Positions 1-13,197 are shown, counted from the stretch's first letter. The stretch: DNA of 64,000 nt from Octopus bimaculoides (GCF_001194135.2 NC_068994.1:41457657-41521656); one strand, 5' to 3'. Translations and numbers: made by a program. The notes: a model not told the origin generated them from the sequence alone.

Positions 1-210
1 ACAAAAATTGTTCAGGCAAATTTCCCTCCCTTAGTTAAAGACCTGAAAACTGTGCAATCTGACCTCATTTTTGAGGCTTTTTTGTAGTGAAAAAGAGTTG
101 TTGTCCCAAAAACATATTTTATTTGGTAGCTGAAAGATTATTAAATCTTTTTATACCTCATATGTCAAAATTGGCTACTCAGTTTTCGAATCCATAAGGA
201 ATATACAGAA

Positions 211-241
<31 letters not shown>

Positions 242-410
242 CTGTCTTAAATATATAGATACCAATATTGTTTATGTAAAATATCGCAATATAGTTGCTT
301 TTTATATTTAGTTTACAAAAGTCTTGTTGTGAACTTGTGTGTTATAACATATCTTGGGAGGGTCATTATGTCAATAAAAAAATAAACACACACTGATTCT
401 ATTTAGCTTC

Positions 411-447
<37 letters not shown>

Positions 448-714
448 ATTATTGGTGAATTGCTGAACCATATAACCAAATTCTAACTAATTCATTGTTT
501 GATTAAGTATTCAGATTGATTGACCAAATGATTAATCAAACAATTGATTAGTCAATTGGTTAAATGGTTAAACAACCAGATAATGATAATAAAAGACAGG
601 AAATAGAAGCAGTACATGTGTTTATTATTGGCAGAATGACTCTCCTGAGATACAACAAAAGATAGAAATAATATTTTCATATATATATATATATATATAT
701 GAACTAAATGAATA

Positions 715-910
715 ACTGTTTCTGACAAAGACCCAAGATCTGAAATTTCATGGGAGTAGGTTAGTCAATTAAATTGATCCAGTATTTGGCAGCACATTAT
801 TTTATTGGACCCAGTGGATTAAAATAAAGTGGACCTCAGAACTTGAATTCAGAATGTAAAGAGCTACAACAAATGCTGTAATACGTTTTGTCTATTGCTA
901 CCACTTCACC
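715..910 (-). mobile_element. SINE family B, highly diverged
   Basis: aaattgatccagtattt...ttttattggacccagtggattaaaataaagtggacctcag...gaattcagaatgtaaag. Confidence 0.55.
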
Positions 911-3039
911 ACCCTTGTATACAGTATTAATAATACAATTAAATTATATTGAGAATCAACAATACAATAAGTTGTAATTGAAATAATTTCTAGAATATTG
1001 TTATGAGAAAAGGAAGACACATAAATTTAGTCTTGAGGTGAGTCTACTAGTCTGATTCGATTCATAGTTGCAGCTATTTTACTTTGCATTGGTAACATTC
1101 AAAAGAACAGCATGAATACCACACAAATTCATTTCCTCTCCCCCTTTCTCACTCTCTCTCTCTCACTTACTCTTTTATAAATCTTCCTAAGAAAGAAATC
1201 AATTTAGAGAAGAAATGCTTAATTCCATATTCCACAAATTTCGAATGTAGCTATTAGGCAAAATGTAGCAAGGAATGTAACTTTTTAATGCAAGGGTGGC
1301 GGAAGAAATATGACTACATTAAAACAAAAAAAGCAAAATTAAAATTGAAATAAAAATTAAAATGTATTCATTTAAAATTATAAATTGCAAATTGTAAATT
1401 GCTAGTATTGTATAAGGGATTGAAACAAAAAAGTTTTCTTCAGGCATTCACAGTCAAAAGGGGTGAAGAAACAACACTTAAGCAGTAAAGAACAACTACA
1501 CAAACTAAAAAAAGCAAAAAAATCAATCTAGATAATAGTAATGGTTTAAGAGAAGAATTAGTGAAAAATAACAAAAATTCCTCTTCACAAAATGAATGGA
1601 AGCATAAAAAATATTTTTGATTCAATAAGAAACCATAAGTATGACACAGTTGTTCATAAAATAGCCTGATTAAGAATTTTCTTTCAATAGAAAATCTAAC
1701 ACAAGTATACCTTCTAAAATAGATGGTGTCATGGAATTACAGAGAAGGAATAGAGGCTTCTAATTTGTTCATTTTCTTTAGAAGGTACATATTTATAAAA
1801 TATTTAAGTATGTATTTACACACTCATATGTACACTCACATAGACATAAATACAGACATACCTTTATCTATGTGGGTGAAAGACCCTCAGTTATGGCAAA
1901 GCAGAGTTTCAGTTTTCAATAAATCAATGAAATATTATGAATACTTTGCTTCATATGCTGAGTATGCCTCCCTTGTTGTTTGTACTCCAAAATCTGAGGG
2001 ATAATATGTGCATGTGCACGTGTCTATATGTGTGTGTGTGTGTGTGGGTGTGTATGCATGCAGATGTGTATGTAAATGCAGACAAACATACACAATATAT
2101 CTATACCTATATATAAATATATATATTTACATATATATATGTATATGATGCCAGGCAGTTTGATTCAACTCCACATTACCTAAGGTTTCTTGAGCATACT
2201 ATATATATGTGCATATATGTGTATCTGTAAGTGTGTATGTATTTGTGTGTCAATGTGAGTGTATGTGCATACATACAATGCTTGCCTAATGGTAGTTCCA
2301 ATGGGCATGCATAATTTATTTGTCAAAAATATGCACTGGAACTAAGTTACTTCTCTTTCATATAATGTCTACTATTTTTGACACCCAATAATTTTCACAG
2401 TTCTCAGGCACTCACACTCTATCAGAACATATTCCAGGTATTTCTCACTATTCATTGCCGTTCTTAAGTACTTCCAGCCTATATTTTGTATCCATGATAT
2501 TTGCTCTGCCTAACTCTCTTTAATGCATTGTATAAAGCCTTCAGGTTGTGCTTGAGAACATCTTTGTTGTAAAGTGCCTTAAAATTTTCATGACCATATT
2601 TCTACTCTAATTACTCTGGTTATGTGTTTCAATTAATTTTGAAAATAATCAAGAATCTTCTTTATTATGCAAATATTTGGAACATAACATCAAAAATGGA
2701 TTTTAGATGAAATTACAATGGATTGTCTTTATTTGAAGATACTAGTATGAAAACCATACAGCTTTTGAATATTGTATTCATTAGATTTCTCAATGGAATC
2801 TTGTATGAAGATTTTTAAAATATACTATAAAACCATAACCAGAAGGTGACTTTTGTATTTTTTACCCTTTTTCATTTAATTCTTGCACAGGGTAGCACAT
2901 CATGTCCTTAAGCAAGGCACTTCATTTCATGCTGCTCTGTCTGCTCACCTGACAATAAGTTCCAGTAAAAGCAACAAGTGTGATGAATTGAGAGGAAAGT
3001 CTTGTACATTAAGTCGACTAGGGTAAAAATCCCCTTTGG

Positions 3040-3345
3040 TCATGAATGTCCATAGGATTGCACCTAGAAAGTTACCCTCCAAAGCACAAGTTTGGGCAAG
3101 GTTGTTTTATGGTAGGCCAGCAGTTGCCTGTACATACCAAACTCCCCTCTCCATGCCACCCATGTTATCCAAGAGAAAAGCAAAGGTCGATACAGCTTGG
3201 CACCAAGTGATGTTGCAACTCATTTGTACACCTGAGTGAACTGGAGCAACATGAAATAAAGTGTTTTGCTCAAGGACCCAACACACAGCCTGGTCCTGGA
3301 ATTGAAAGCACTATCTCGTGATTGTGAGCCACTGAACCATGCACT
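3040..3345 (-). mobile_element. SINE family C
   Basis: Minus strand ggctcacaatcacgag...ttcaattccaggacc...gtccttgagcaaaacactttatttcatgttgctccagttcactcag. A related fragment lies at 17345-17440. Confidence 0.75.
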
Positions 3346-4099
3346 GTTGAGAAACTTGGTCTAAATACTTGCAACAGAAAGGGTTGCATTAAAGGCACAC
3401 ATAAGCCTGGTGGTGGAACTAAAGTGTGTGATGCTATTACCTTGTTTGTACTAAAAGGGCTAATATCAAAATTTTAACTGACATTTTAAAAAATATGCAG
3501 ATATATTGAACTGTTTGCAAACTGATATTGTGATAAAATAATTAAATGTCAACGAAAGAATAAACCAATATGATATGAATTGTAGAGTTAATATAGATTG
3601 AAACACTGATTTCAGTATCAAATGACAATAAATCTGAGTTGAGAATGTCAGAATATTTGTTTATATCACTAAAGAAATAAATTTAGATGAAAATTAAGAA
3701 ATTCATCATCATCACTATAGCACATAGAACATATAACAAGAATCTCACAAGCTTATAGTGAAGCCATTTTTCAGTCACTGGACCTGCAAGAAATAGCAGC
3801 CAAGGCTCACCCAAATCATAACCAATCAACTTAAAAAAAAACAGAAATTGTACATCAGGTAAGCATCGTCGTCATCGCTATCATTGTAGGTGGTGTCACT
3901 GTGGCATTATTGTTGTCATTGTCATTACCGTTGGGCTTCTTTAAGTAGCTGTGCACCAAATCACTCACAAGTCTTTGGCTGGCACTGGGCTATAGTAAAA
4001 GACACTTGCACATGCAGTGGTACTGAACCTGAAACCCCATGGCTGGGAAGCAAACTTCATAACCACGGTGCCATATATTATTACCTATATCCCTCTTAC

Positions 4100-4640
4100 T
4101 ACACAGAACCATTTGACTTTGTTTGCTACCCTTCATTCTTAATACTATCCTTTCTACCCACTTTCACATTGATAACTCTCAACCATATATCATCTCCATC
4201 TCTTTCTCTTTCTCTGGTCCTTCTCCTAACTACTGTACCATCGTTAATATTCTGCTGGTCTTCATCTTCCCATTTTTCTGCACTGACAGTCATTTCCTAC
4301 CTTGCACCAACTCATATATATCGTAGGTCATTTTCCCACTTTTTATACCCCATCCACTACATCCACTCTTCAACCCTAACCCAATTTGTACAGTTTCTAT
4401 CGGCTCTCCCCTACTTTTCCTGCTTATTAGCCCTCAGCACTTGTTCCTTATTAAATTCATTCCATCACCCATTATCCATTTTTAACCATCTCTTACTCTC
4501 CTGTACATTCTTCCAGCCTCTACCCACCTGTACTCCCCGTTCTCTTGTTCCCACTCTCTTTATGCACCCCATCCCCATTATTTTATCTCTTTCAAGCTCT
4601 AATCTGATTACTTACACCTTCTCTTCTGTAATATGAGTAG
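4100..4640 (+). mobile_element. Possible highly decayed Penelope-like RT thumb region
   Basis: Pyrimidine-skewed stretch giving FLPTFTL, TDSH, SFSHFL and RSLVPTLFMHP, weakly recalling HPxLKFT, KPTDSH, PFSQFL and RVPLVLTYHP in that order. Confidence 0.3.
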
Positions 4641-4779
4641 TCAAATAGCTCCTCTAAAGCCGTAACCTATTATGGCTTCTACTTCCATACTTAAGGCTCT
4701 CATCTTCAAGTATAAGCTCACTTCCCTTTCTACAGTAGCCCCCATTTATTTGAAGGTCTTGTTAGTGTTGCAAGCTGTC

Positions 4780-4965
4780 TGGTGATCTCAAAGTGATAGT
4801 TTCATGAAGTAAGTACCCAGTATGTGCTGTAAAGTGGTTGGCACTAGAAAGGGCATCCATGCCCAAATAGAAACAGTAGAGCACAATGCAGTCTTGGGAC
4901 CCACTGGGTTTTGTCAAACTGTGCCAGCATGGAATATGGACTTTGAATGATGACAATGATGATGA
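4780..4965 (+). mobile_element. Family D / RTE-type 3' tail fragment
   Basis: ...gggcatcc...aactgtgccagcatggaatatggactttgaatgatgacaatgatgatg. Confidence 0.55.
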
Positions 4966-6294
4966 TGGTGTGTGTGTGTTTGTCTCCTTGTTTTGACATT
5001 GTGTGACAGTTGTAGACAAGCGTCATTGATACACAAACAATGTTATTTGTCTCTCATCTTCCATAAAATCATGTCTGGCCATGAGAAAAATTATTTTGCT
5101 TGAAAACAGGTGATGGTTGGCGACAGAATGAGCATCTAGCCATAAAAAATATAGCTTGATGAACTGTGTTTCTTCAATGCAAGAATGTAAAAGGGGTTGT
5201 GAAAATGATGATGGTAATTACTTAAGATAAACACGCAATGTATATTGAATTAAAGCATTTAGAGTTAGTTTCATAACATTAAGTATATCAAAATAAGAAC
5301 TGTTCCACATGACTTATTAATATATTAAAGGTATCTTTTCTTCAGGGATTATCTCTTATATGAGCAGGTGTTTTGATACTGTATCTAATTAGACATCTGA
5401 CCTCTGCTTAGGATAAACACCCTATCTGAGGCCCCTGTAACTGTTTTGGAGGGAAAAAAAATAAACATCAATGAAGTACATTGAATAGCTGCTGTAAGTT
5501 GCTGTGGCCTATCTTCTCTTAAACCTACCTGGTCACTCAAACTTATGATTAAAAGGACATTCCATCTGTGGCCACACAAACATTTTATGAATATGAAAGG
5601 CTACAGAATCTAAAATGTCTTGTCCTTATTTAAGATGGTTGGGTACAATTTGAGGTCAATGTAAATGTTTTGCTAGCCATTCATGTGACTAAGCAGAGGT
5701 TCCTTTGTCATTTTATATACCGTAGGTTAACCTTTATGGCAAACTGGCATACAGCCTTCTCTAAGTATGGATGATTGACACTCCTTAACAAAGACATTAT
5801 CAAACACATGCTCAATGCCTAATGCATTAAACAGAGCAATGAGTGGTAAAGAAATGAAAAAGAAATTCTGAGAGTGATAATCAAGTATGAGAAATAAACA
5901 TTTGTTTGAAATGTAACATCCATTTAGTTGTCAGACATTTCATTGTTGTTCTATGACGACTACACGTGAATAAAAGATATTGACAGCTATTGATTTATCC
6001 AGCTCTATTATATGGAATATTATATAATTTTGGAAATGAATATGTATATTTTTATTTGATATTATTTTTCCATTAACGACTCCAATACTCGAGTAGTACT
6101 TTATTCTATCGACATCAGATGAATGAAAGGTGAGGTTAACTTCTACAGGATTTGAACTTAAAATATAAACATTTGGAACAAATACTGCAAAGAACATTGT
6201 CTGACACTTATATGTTTCTGCCATCCACTGACCTTAGTCTATAAATATAATAATGGTTGGTCTGTCCACATTAATCTGTAAGGAGAATAGGGCT

Positions 6295-6470
6295 GGTTTC
6301 CCAGTTTTTCTGGTGTATATATTCCTCCTAGGAATATATACACCAGTCCATTGCAGGGTTACTTATTTTTGCCAGCTGAGTGAACTGGAGCAACATGAAA
6401 TGAAGTGCTTTTCTCAAGAACACAAGGGATTGCCTGGTCCAGGAATCATGAGTCCAACAACCTCGCCATT
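6295..6470 (-). mobile_element. SINE family C fragment
   Basis: cagctgagtgaactggagcaacatgaaatgaagtgcttttctcaagaacacaag. Confidence 0.6.
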
Positions 6471-7594
6471 AATACATGCACCTTCACATAAATATAATAT
6501 TGTGTGTTTGTTTGTCCCTACCGCCGCTTGACAAATGGTGTTGGTTAATTTACACCCACCTAATTTAGTGACTAAAATGTAACCAAAACAATAAGTACCA
6601 AACTAAAAATTAAGTACTGAGGTTGATTTGTTTGACTAAACTTTTCAAGGCACTGCCATAACATGGTCACAGTCAAATGACTGAAACAAGTAAAGAATGA
6701 ATGATATCCAGTAGCAAATTGTTACAAAACTGGGAAAATACTGAGAAGCTCTGATGAAAATCTGCTGGGGTTGGCAGTATTTAGAAATCTGTTGTTTTGC
6801 AGTCATAATTAATAGCATCCCTTTAATGAATGCATAAAGAGCAAACAAAATATATCCCAATAAAAAAAAACAAGAGAATTACTTTACTATACAAAAGAAA
6901 AAGCCAAATACAAAATAAGCACAAAATAAAACAGTAATATAGAACTAATAATGGAATCAGTCACTGTATTATCCACAATTACTCCAAAAATAAAGCTTGA
7001 TAGAACAAGCTTAATGAAAGATCAGTGTAGAATTGTTTCAATTATTAATAAAGAATATATGAAGCGGTGAATTGCCATTTTTACTCTCATAGACAATATT
7101 AAACGGTCAAGAAGACCGTTTGTTTCATTTATATTTTTAGAGATGTAGAATGTATAGCTGAAACTACCCACATCTTTGTTTCAGTAATGGACTTGCAGAG
7201 GCAGGCAGATTAAATTGTTTAGTGTTTTGAACTGTGAAATGTGTATATGGACAATTGATTGAATAGCAGCCTAGTAACTAATGGGGTATCAGCGCCTTTA
7301 TTAATGCTATCTTGTGTTCCGGCTGAATTTATGCAATTTCCTAAGGCAAAGTTTAGTTAGTAGCAAATATATGCAATCAAGAGGTGAAACTAATTACAAG
7401 AAGAATGTTTGCTTTTTATTTAAAGTAATAAAAATTTCTATTCAATAATGATTACTTAATTGATAAAATGAATTATTAGTAGGATAACTAAACAAGTTTA
7501 TCTAAAATTTTTAAAATTGCAAAAGCATTGTTCAGTTTTCTTTTGGATTCATTTTTATCTCATTCTTGCTTTGGTTACTTACTGCTACTCAACC

Positions 7595-8000
7595 TTTGGC
7601 AGCGTGGCTAGGAAGTTTTCTTTGCAACTACATGGTTTCAGGTTCAGTCCCGCTGCGTGGCACCTTAAGGAAGTGGCTTCAGCCATAGCCCTGGGTAGAC
7701 CAATGCCTTGTGAGTGAATTTAGTAAATGAAAACTGTGTGGAAGCCTGGTATACATGTGAATGCATGTATGCATGTGTTTTTTTGTGCTTGTGCTGTGTT
7801 TGTTCCCCAGCTTCTATTTGACAACAAGTGTTGTTTTTTTTACATCCTGTAACTTAGCAGTTCAACAAGAAAGACCTGTAGAATAAGTATCAGATTTAGA
7901 CAAAATAAATCAGAAGTACCAGGGTCAGTTTGTTTGGCTAAAATCTTCTGAGGTGGTGCCACAGCATGGCCACAGTGCAATGACTAAAACAAGTAAAAGA
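7595..8000 (+). mobile_element. SINE family A, diverged
   Basis: ggttcagtcccgctgcgtggcacc head; ...cagcatggccacagtgcaatgactaaaacaagtaaaaga tail. Confidence 0.8.
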
Positions 8001-8264
8001 TGAACGACGAAAATACTGTCTCTTATATTGTAATTATTAAATCTAAGACATCGAATTTCATACAAAAGTTATCTTTAATAATAATGTAATTATCTCTTAA
8101 AGAAATCTTAAACCATATACCACAAAAAAATCTATTATTACAATAAGTAAAACTGAAAATGCTATCTCACAGCTGAAAACATTAAAACACAATCTTTCAA
8201 AAAACTGAGAATGCTAAAATATAATTTGGTAGCAACCTAGACCACTAAAATACTATCTACTAAG

Positions 8265-8483
8265 ATACTGGTTTCAAATTTTGGCACAAGGCCAGCAAAT
8301 TTCGAGGGAGCAAGTAAGTTGATGACATTGACCCCCAATGCTCAACTGGTATTTATTTCATCAGCCCCAATAGGATGAAAAGCAAAACTGACCTCAGCAG
8401 AATTTGAAACTCAGAGCATAAAGGCAGATGAAATGCTGCTAAGCATTTTGCCCTGCCTGCTAACAATTCTGCCAGCTTGCTGC
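8265..8483 (-). mobile_element. tRNA-derived SINE, family B
   Basis: Minus strand ggcagcaagctggcagaattgttagc...gagtttcaaattctgctgaggtc...ctggccttgtgccaaaatttgaaacc. Multi-copy. Confidence 0.85.
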
Positions 8484-8496
8484 CTTACTGTCTGGT

Positions 8497-8945
8497 CCCA
8501 ATGTGCACTACTTTTGGCAAGTGTCTTCTACTATTGCTCTGGGCATACCAATCCCTTGCAAGTGAATTTGGTTGAAGGAAATTGTGTATAAACCTGTCAT
8601 ATATATATATATATATATATATGAGTATGTGCATGTATGTGTGTGTATGTGTGTGTATGTGCCTGTATGTGCGTATGTGTGTCTGCACATGTATGTGTAT
8701 ATGTATGTATGTGCATGTGTGTGTATATCTGTGTATCTTTGTTGTTTGTTATTCCTTCAGCATTGCTGCTTGACAATTGGTGTTAGTTTGTTGACATTCC
8801 CATAATGTAATAGTTCAGTAAGTGACTGATTGAATAACTACCAGACTTTAGAAAAATCAAAAGCACTGGGACCGATTTGTTCAACTAAAACCCTTTAAGG
8901 TGGTGCTCCAGCATGGCTGCAGTTCAATGACTGAAACATGTAAAT
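8497..8945 (+). mobile_element. SINE family A with expanded internal microsatellite
   Basis: ggcaagtgtcttctactattgc...; internal (TA)n/(TGTA)n; ...gtggtgctccagcatggctgcagttcaatgactgaaac tail. Confidence 0.8.
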
Positions 8946-10431
8946 ATATAAAAGATTGGTGTATATCTACTAAAATAACTTGGTTATCAAGTGCACATTT
9001 GATACAGAATGATTACAGAATGATGACAAATGATCTAGAAATTAAGAAATTAATGAGCTACTGTTGAATAAATCTAACAAAAATTAAGAATTTTGTAACA
9101 AATCCAAAACAGAAGTAACAATGAAATAAATATTTTACAAATAAGAATTGTAGAATAGCTTGGAAAAAATGTCACTTGTTAGATGTGAAGATGGAGTAAA
9201 ATGTCAAACATGACAGTCAAAACATGAAACAAAGAATGACACGAAAGGTGGTGCTTTGCTGTAAATGCTTTTGGCCAATCATTATAGAATACAGTGATTG
9301 ATTTATACAAATGTCACAACTTAAGAAGGAATCAATTGAAATATATTATTTCCTGAAAAACAAAGCCCAAACTGTTTTGAGTGTGAAAGCTAAATTCCAT
9401 AAACAAGTCACCTTTTTTCTAATCTTCTTGCATAAATATACATAGCAGGCGACCTCTTTGATGCAAAAGTGATATCTCCTTGATCAACCTGTTTAATAAC
9501 CTTGGTTAGGTTTGATTATGCAGAATGAAGGTACAGAGAAAGTTAATCAAGTAATTAAGAACAGCTTGTTGGGTATTTCTCACATATACACTATATTACA
9601 GTCAGGTTGGTTATTGAGGAATATTGTCTACTAAGGAATGTTGTTTTCAACCGCTCTGTGGATGAGTCAGTAATTTTTTAATGATTTATTTGTGAAGAGA
9701 GCAACACGAGTTTGATTAGTGAATGAAGTTTTAAATTTGTAAGATTTGCTGGAAAATTATAATTAACCAAGAACAAAATTTAGACAGAATGTTCCTATCA
9801 ATGTTGCAGTATTTTTGTCCTGCTTAAGTTTTGTTTGCTATTTTTTCTTCTATAAGGTGAGAGATACTGAATTTTAAAATGGTTGTAATATCATCCAAGA
9901 TTACTCCTGACATGGTTAGGTATTTTTAGAAATTTGAATATACAGTTGCTGAGGCAGCATTCTACAGCAATCATCTAAGCTGGTGATTTTTAAATGGTGT
10001 GCTGCTGCATCACACTGGTTCTCTGTAAGAAATCTTATAAAATTAAGGCTTTGGAAAGTCCTATAATAATACTTGAGCATCTTGAAAAATATACCTTTCA
10101 TTTTATTTTACACATATATTTCCTTTTATTCTTTTAAGTGTTTCAGCTTTAAAGCTGCAGTCATGTTGGGGCACCACCGTTGTATGATTAATAAAATAAA
10201 ATAATAGGCCTTTTATTTTTCTAAAATTTTAACTTCTATTTTTAAGAAAAATTTTCTATACAAAACATACATGTAAATTTTATTTAATTTCATCTCTAGT
10301 ATACCACAAATTCAAAATAATTAAAAGCCATTTATATAATCTATTTGCATATTGAAACATGCAGTGTAGCGACCTGACCACCTGTGAAAATATGGCAAAA
10401 TGAATGTTATGATGAGTGGGACACTTAATGA

Positions 10432-10465
<34 letters not shown>

Positions 10466-11303
10466 GTATATATATATATATACAGCTTAATCTCTCAAGC
10501 ATTTTGTAGTTTCTAAGTCCTGCTCAGCTGTCCTTCTTACCTATCTAATACTTTTTCATGTGTCATTTGCCTCTTCTGCTCACTACAACATGTGTGTAGC
10601 TTATTGTGTATGTGTGTGTGTGTATACATATATATGTATATATACACTCATACACATTCATATATAGAATATAAAGAAAGTCAGGAGATATGATATGAAT
10701 ATATTTATTTCACTAGTTGATATCTAAACGATTACAATCATATCATAGCCAACATCATGGAAAAATGATTTATCTTAGTATATAACAAATTATTTTGCAT
10801 GTCTTCAATAGTGTATACGTTATAAATTATATAGTATTATTGTATATTTTACAAGCTAATACAGAATGAATATAACCATGATATTCTATGAATTTGATGA
10901 ACTAGCCTTTTATACCGGTGTTAGTTCATAAAATGTACAGTAATACTATGTAATTCATAACATATACACTATTGCAGACATGTAAAATAATTTGTTATAC
11001 ACTAAAATAAATTATTTTTCCATGATATCAGCTGTGATATGAATATAATCATATGGACATCTACTGGTGAAATAAATATATTCATCGCATATCCTCTGAC
11101 TTTCTTTATATTCTATCTACTCCTAATGAAATAATTATTACTAATTAGATTTACAGGATTTCAACTGCATAGGACTATACATTATACCCCTGTGACTTGG
11201 TTTACTATGTGGTTGGCAGCCTGGTTCACTAAAGGAGCTTTTTTGTTAGTACCACCAGATAAAATAAATCCATATATTGTGCATTAAATAAATCCATATA
11301 TTG

Positions 11304-11335
<32 letters not shown>

Positions 11336-11340
<5 letters not shown>

Positions 11341-12095
11341 AAAATAAAAAATAATAATAATAAGGCAGAATGCTAAACTGAAAGCATAGTTTAATATAGA
11401 TGTGCATAAGGAGGACTAAAAAGGATTTCTAACCGGCTTTCATTGCATGGCAAATTTTCAAGAAGAGGGGAAATGAAAATAATGTTTTTTACAAAAATAT
11501 AAAAAATATATAAAAAAATGAATATACCAATGCATTATATTGTCTTTGAGTTTTTAAAGTTCAATGGTAATCCATGTAGATAATTGTTAGATAGATTAGG
11601 ATGCATGGAATTAAGAATCATGTTGTGTTTAAAAAAGGCTGAGAGTTTATGTGTTAAACAGGAAGTGTGGTGTCAAGACAGGAAGTGTGTGTAAGGGAAG
11701 ACAATTCTGTGGGTTTTTATTCTTTAGTTTTAGTAAAGAGTAAAAACCCACAAAATTGTCTTCCCTTACACACACTTCCTGTTTAACACATAAACTCTCA
11801 GCCTTTTTAAAACACAACACCATTCTTAATTCCATGCATCCTAATCTATCTAACAATTATCTACATGGATTACCATTGAACTTTAAAAACTCAAAGACAA
11901 TATAATGTATTGGTATATTTATTTTTTTATATATTTTTGTAAAAAACATTATTTTCATTTCCCCTCTTCTTGAAAATTTTCCATGCAATGAAAGCTGGTT
12001 AAAAATCCTTTTTAATTCACCTTATGCACATCTATATTAAAATATGCTTTCAGTTTAGCATTCTGCCTTATTATTATTATCTTCTATTTTCCTAT
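11336..12095. repeat. ~760-bp near-perfect palindrome (foldback/MITE-like element)
   Basis: Arm 11336-11726 is the reverse complement of 11734-12095, with a 7-nt loop (gttttag). An 86-bp uninterrupted match spans 11533-11618. TA dinucleotides flank at 11337-38 and 12093-94. Confidence 0.95.
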
Positions 12096-12499
12096 TATTT
12101 CTCCACGTGCGGTTAACGCAACTCCACCATATATGCATGTATGTGTGCACATATATAATGAAAAAAGGGAAAACACACACTTACCTTCAATTGGCCGGGG
12201 AACAGTTATTGAATGCCGCGTGGTTTCTAAATTGATGTAGGTTTGATAGGTTTGGTTATTGTATTCAAAAGTTCGATAGTATGGCAATAACAAGTAAAGA
12301 TCTGCTATTATTCTTTACAAATATATTGAGTGTGTTGGTGCCTTACAGTGCATTAGTTTTAGATATCAGACTAAGCTCAAGAACCCTCTTCTGTTTCATC
12401 TTTTACAATCAGATTTTTTTTTTTAATATATAATTTCAACAAATGCCTTCAAAGGTCTGATATGTATATAATTACAGAATATGTATGTGCTCTTGTTTT

Positions 12500-13126
12500 T
12501 TGGGTTTTTTTTTTCGCTTTTATTTATTCTTTCTTTTTTTTTTGAAGTTTTCGAGATGTACTTCAATTCTTTAGTTTGTTTTTTGTTTTTTTGTTGTTTT
12601 TTTTTTTCTTTCTTTAAGTATTGTAAAGAACTTCATCCATGCTGCCTTCAACTTATGAACTCCGTTAAAATAAAAGACGAAAAAATGTTTGTGAACATAA
12701 ACAAGTATTAGTGTTATGTACAAGTTATATCAAAGGCTATATCACTTTTTTTTCAATTTTTTTTTATAGTTATAGGTATTGTATAAAACATTGTCCTCCA
12801 TACATTTCAGATTTGATCAGAAAATTACATTTATAAGGCTGGGATAGTACAACATATGTTACAGGGTGAGTGCGTATGATATTTACACTGTATTGTTTGA
12901 ATGGAATGTATTAATGATATAGTTTGGCATACAGACAGAACAATATTATCAATATAGTAACAAAAAAAATGACAAGCTGGAAATATATATATTCTCAGCT
13001 TGTATCATATCTGGAACAGTATACCAATTATTTTTATCAACAACAATTTCATAGTGTTTGGCTTTATTGGGTGTTCTCTTTTAAACTTGTTTTAGGTAGA
13101 CTCTAAAGCAACTGAATATACATCTT
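12500..13126 (-). other. Candidate 3' UTR of the protocadherin
   Basis: Non-repetitive A/U-rich sequence after the TGA. Overlapping AATAAA hexamers (AATAAATAAA, minus strand) at 12519-12528. Confidence 0.35.
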
Positions 13127-13197
13127 TCATAAAGGTTTGATAACGGTTATAGGTTGTAGATTAGATCTGGGCTTGTTCACCAATGGAGTGCAGGAAT
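13127..13197 (-). CDS. Pcdh: Probable terminal coding exon of the protocadherin: (D)SCTPLVNKPRSNLQPITVIKPL*
   Basis: Very strong acceptor ccattctattttcttcttttacttcttcag|AT. Phase-1 joining gives GAT plus 22 codons and TGA at 13129-13127, followed by AU-rich UTR-like sequence. No homology check was possible. Confidence 0.55.
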
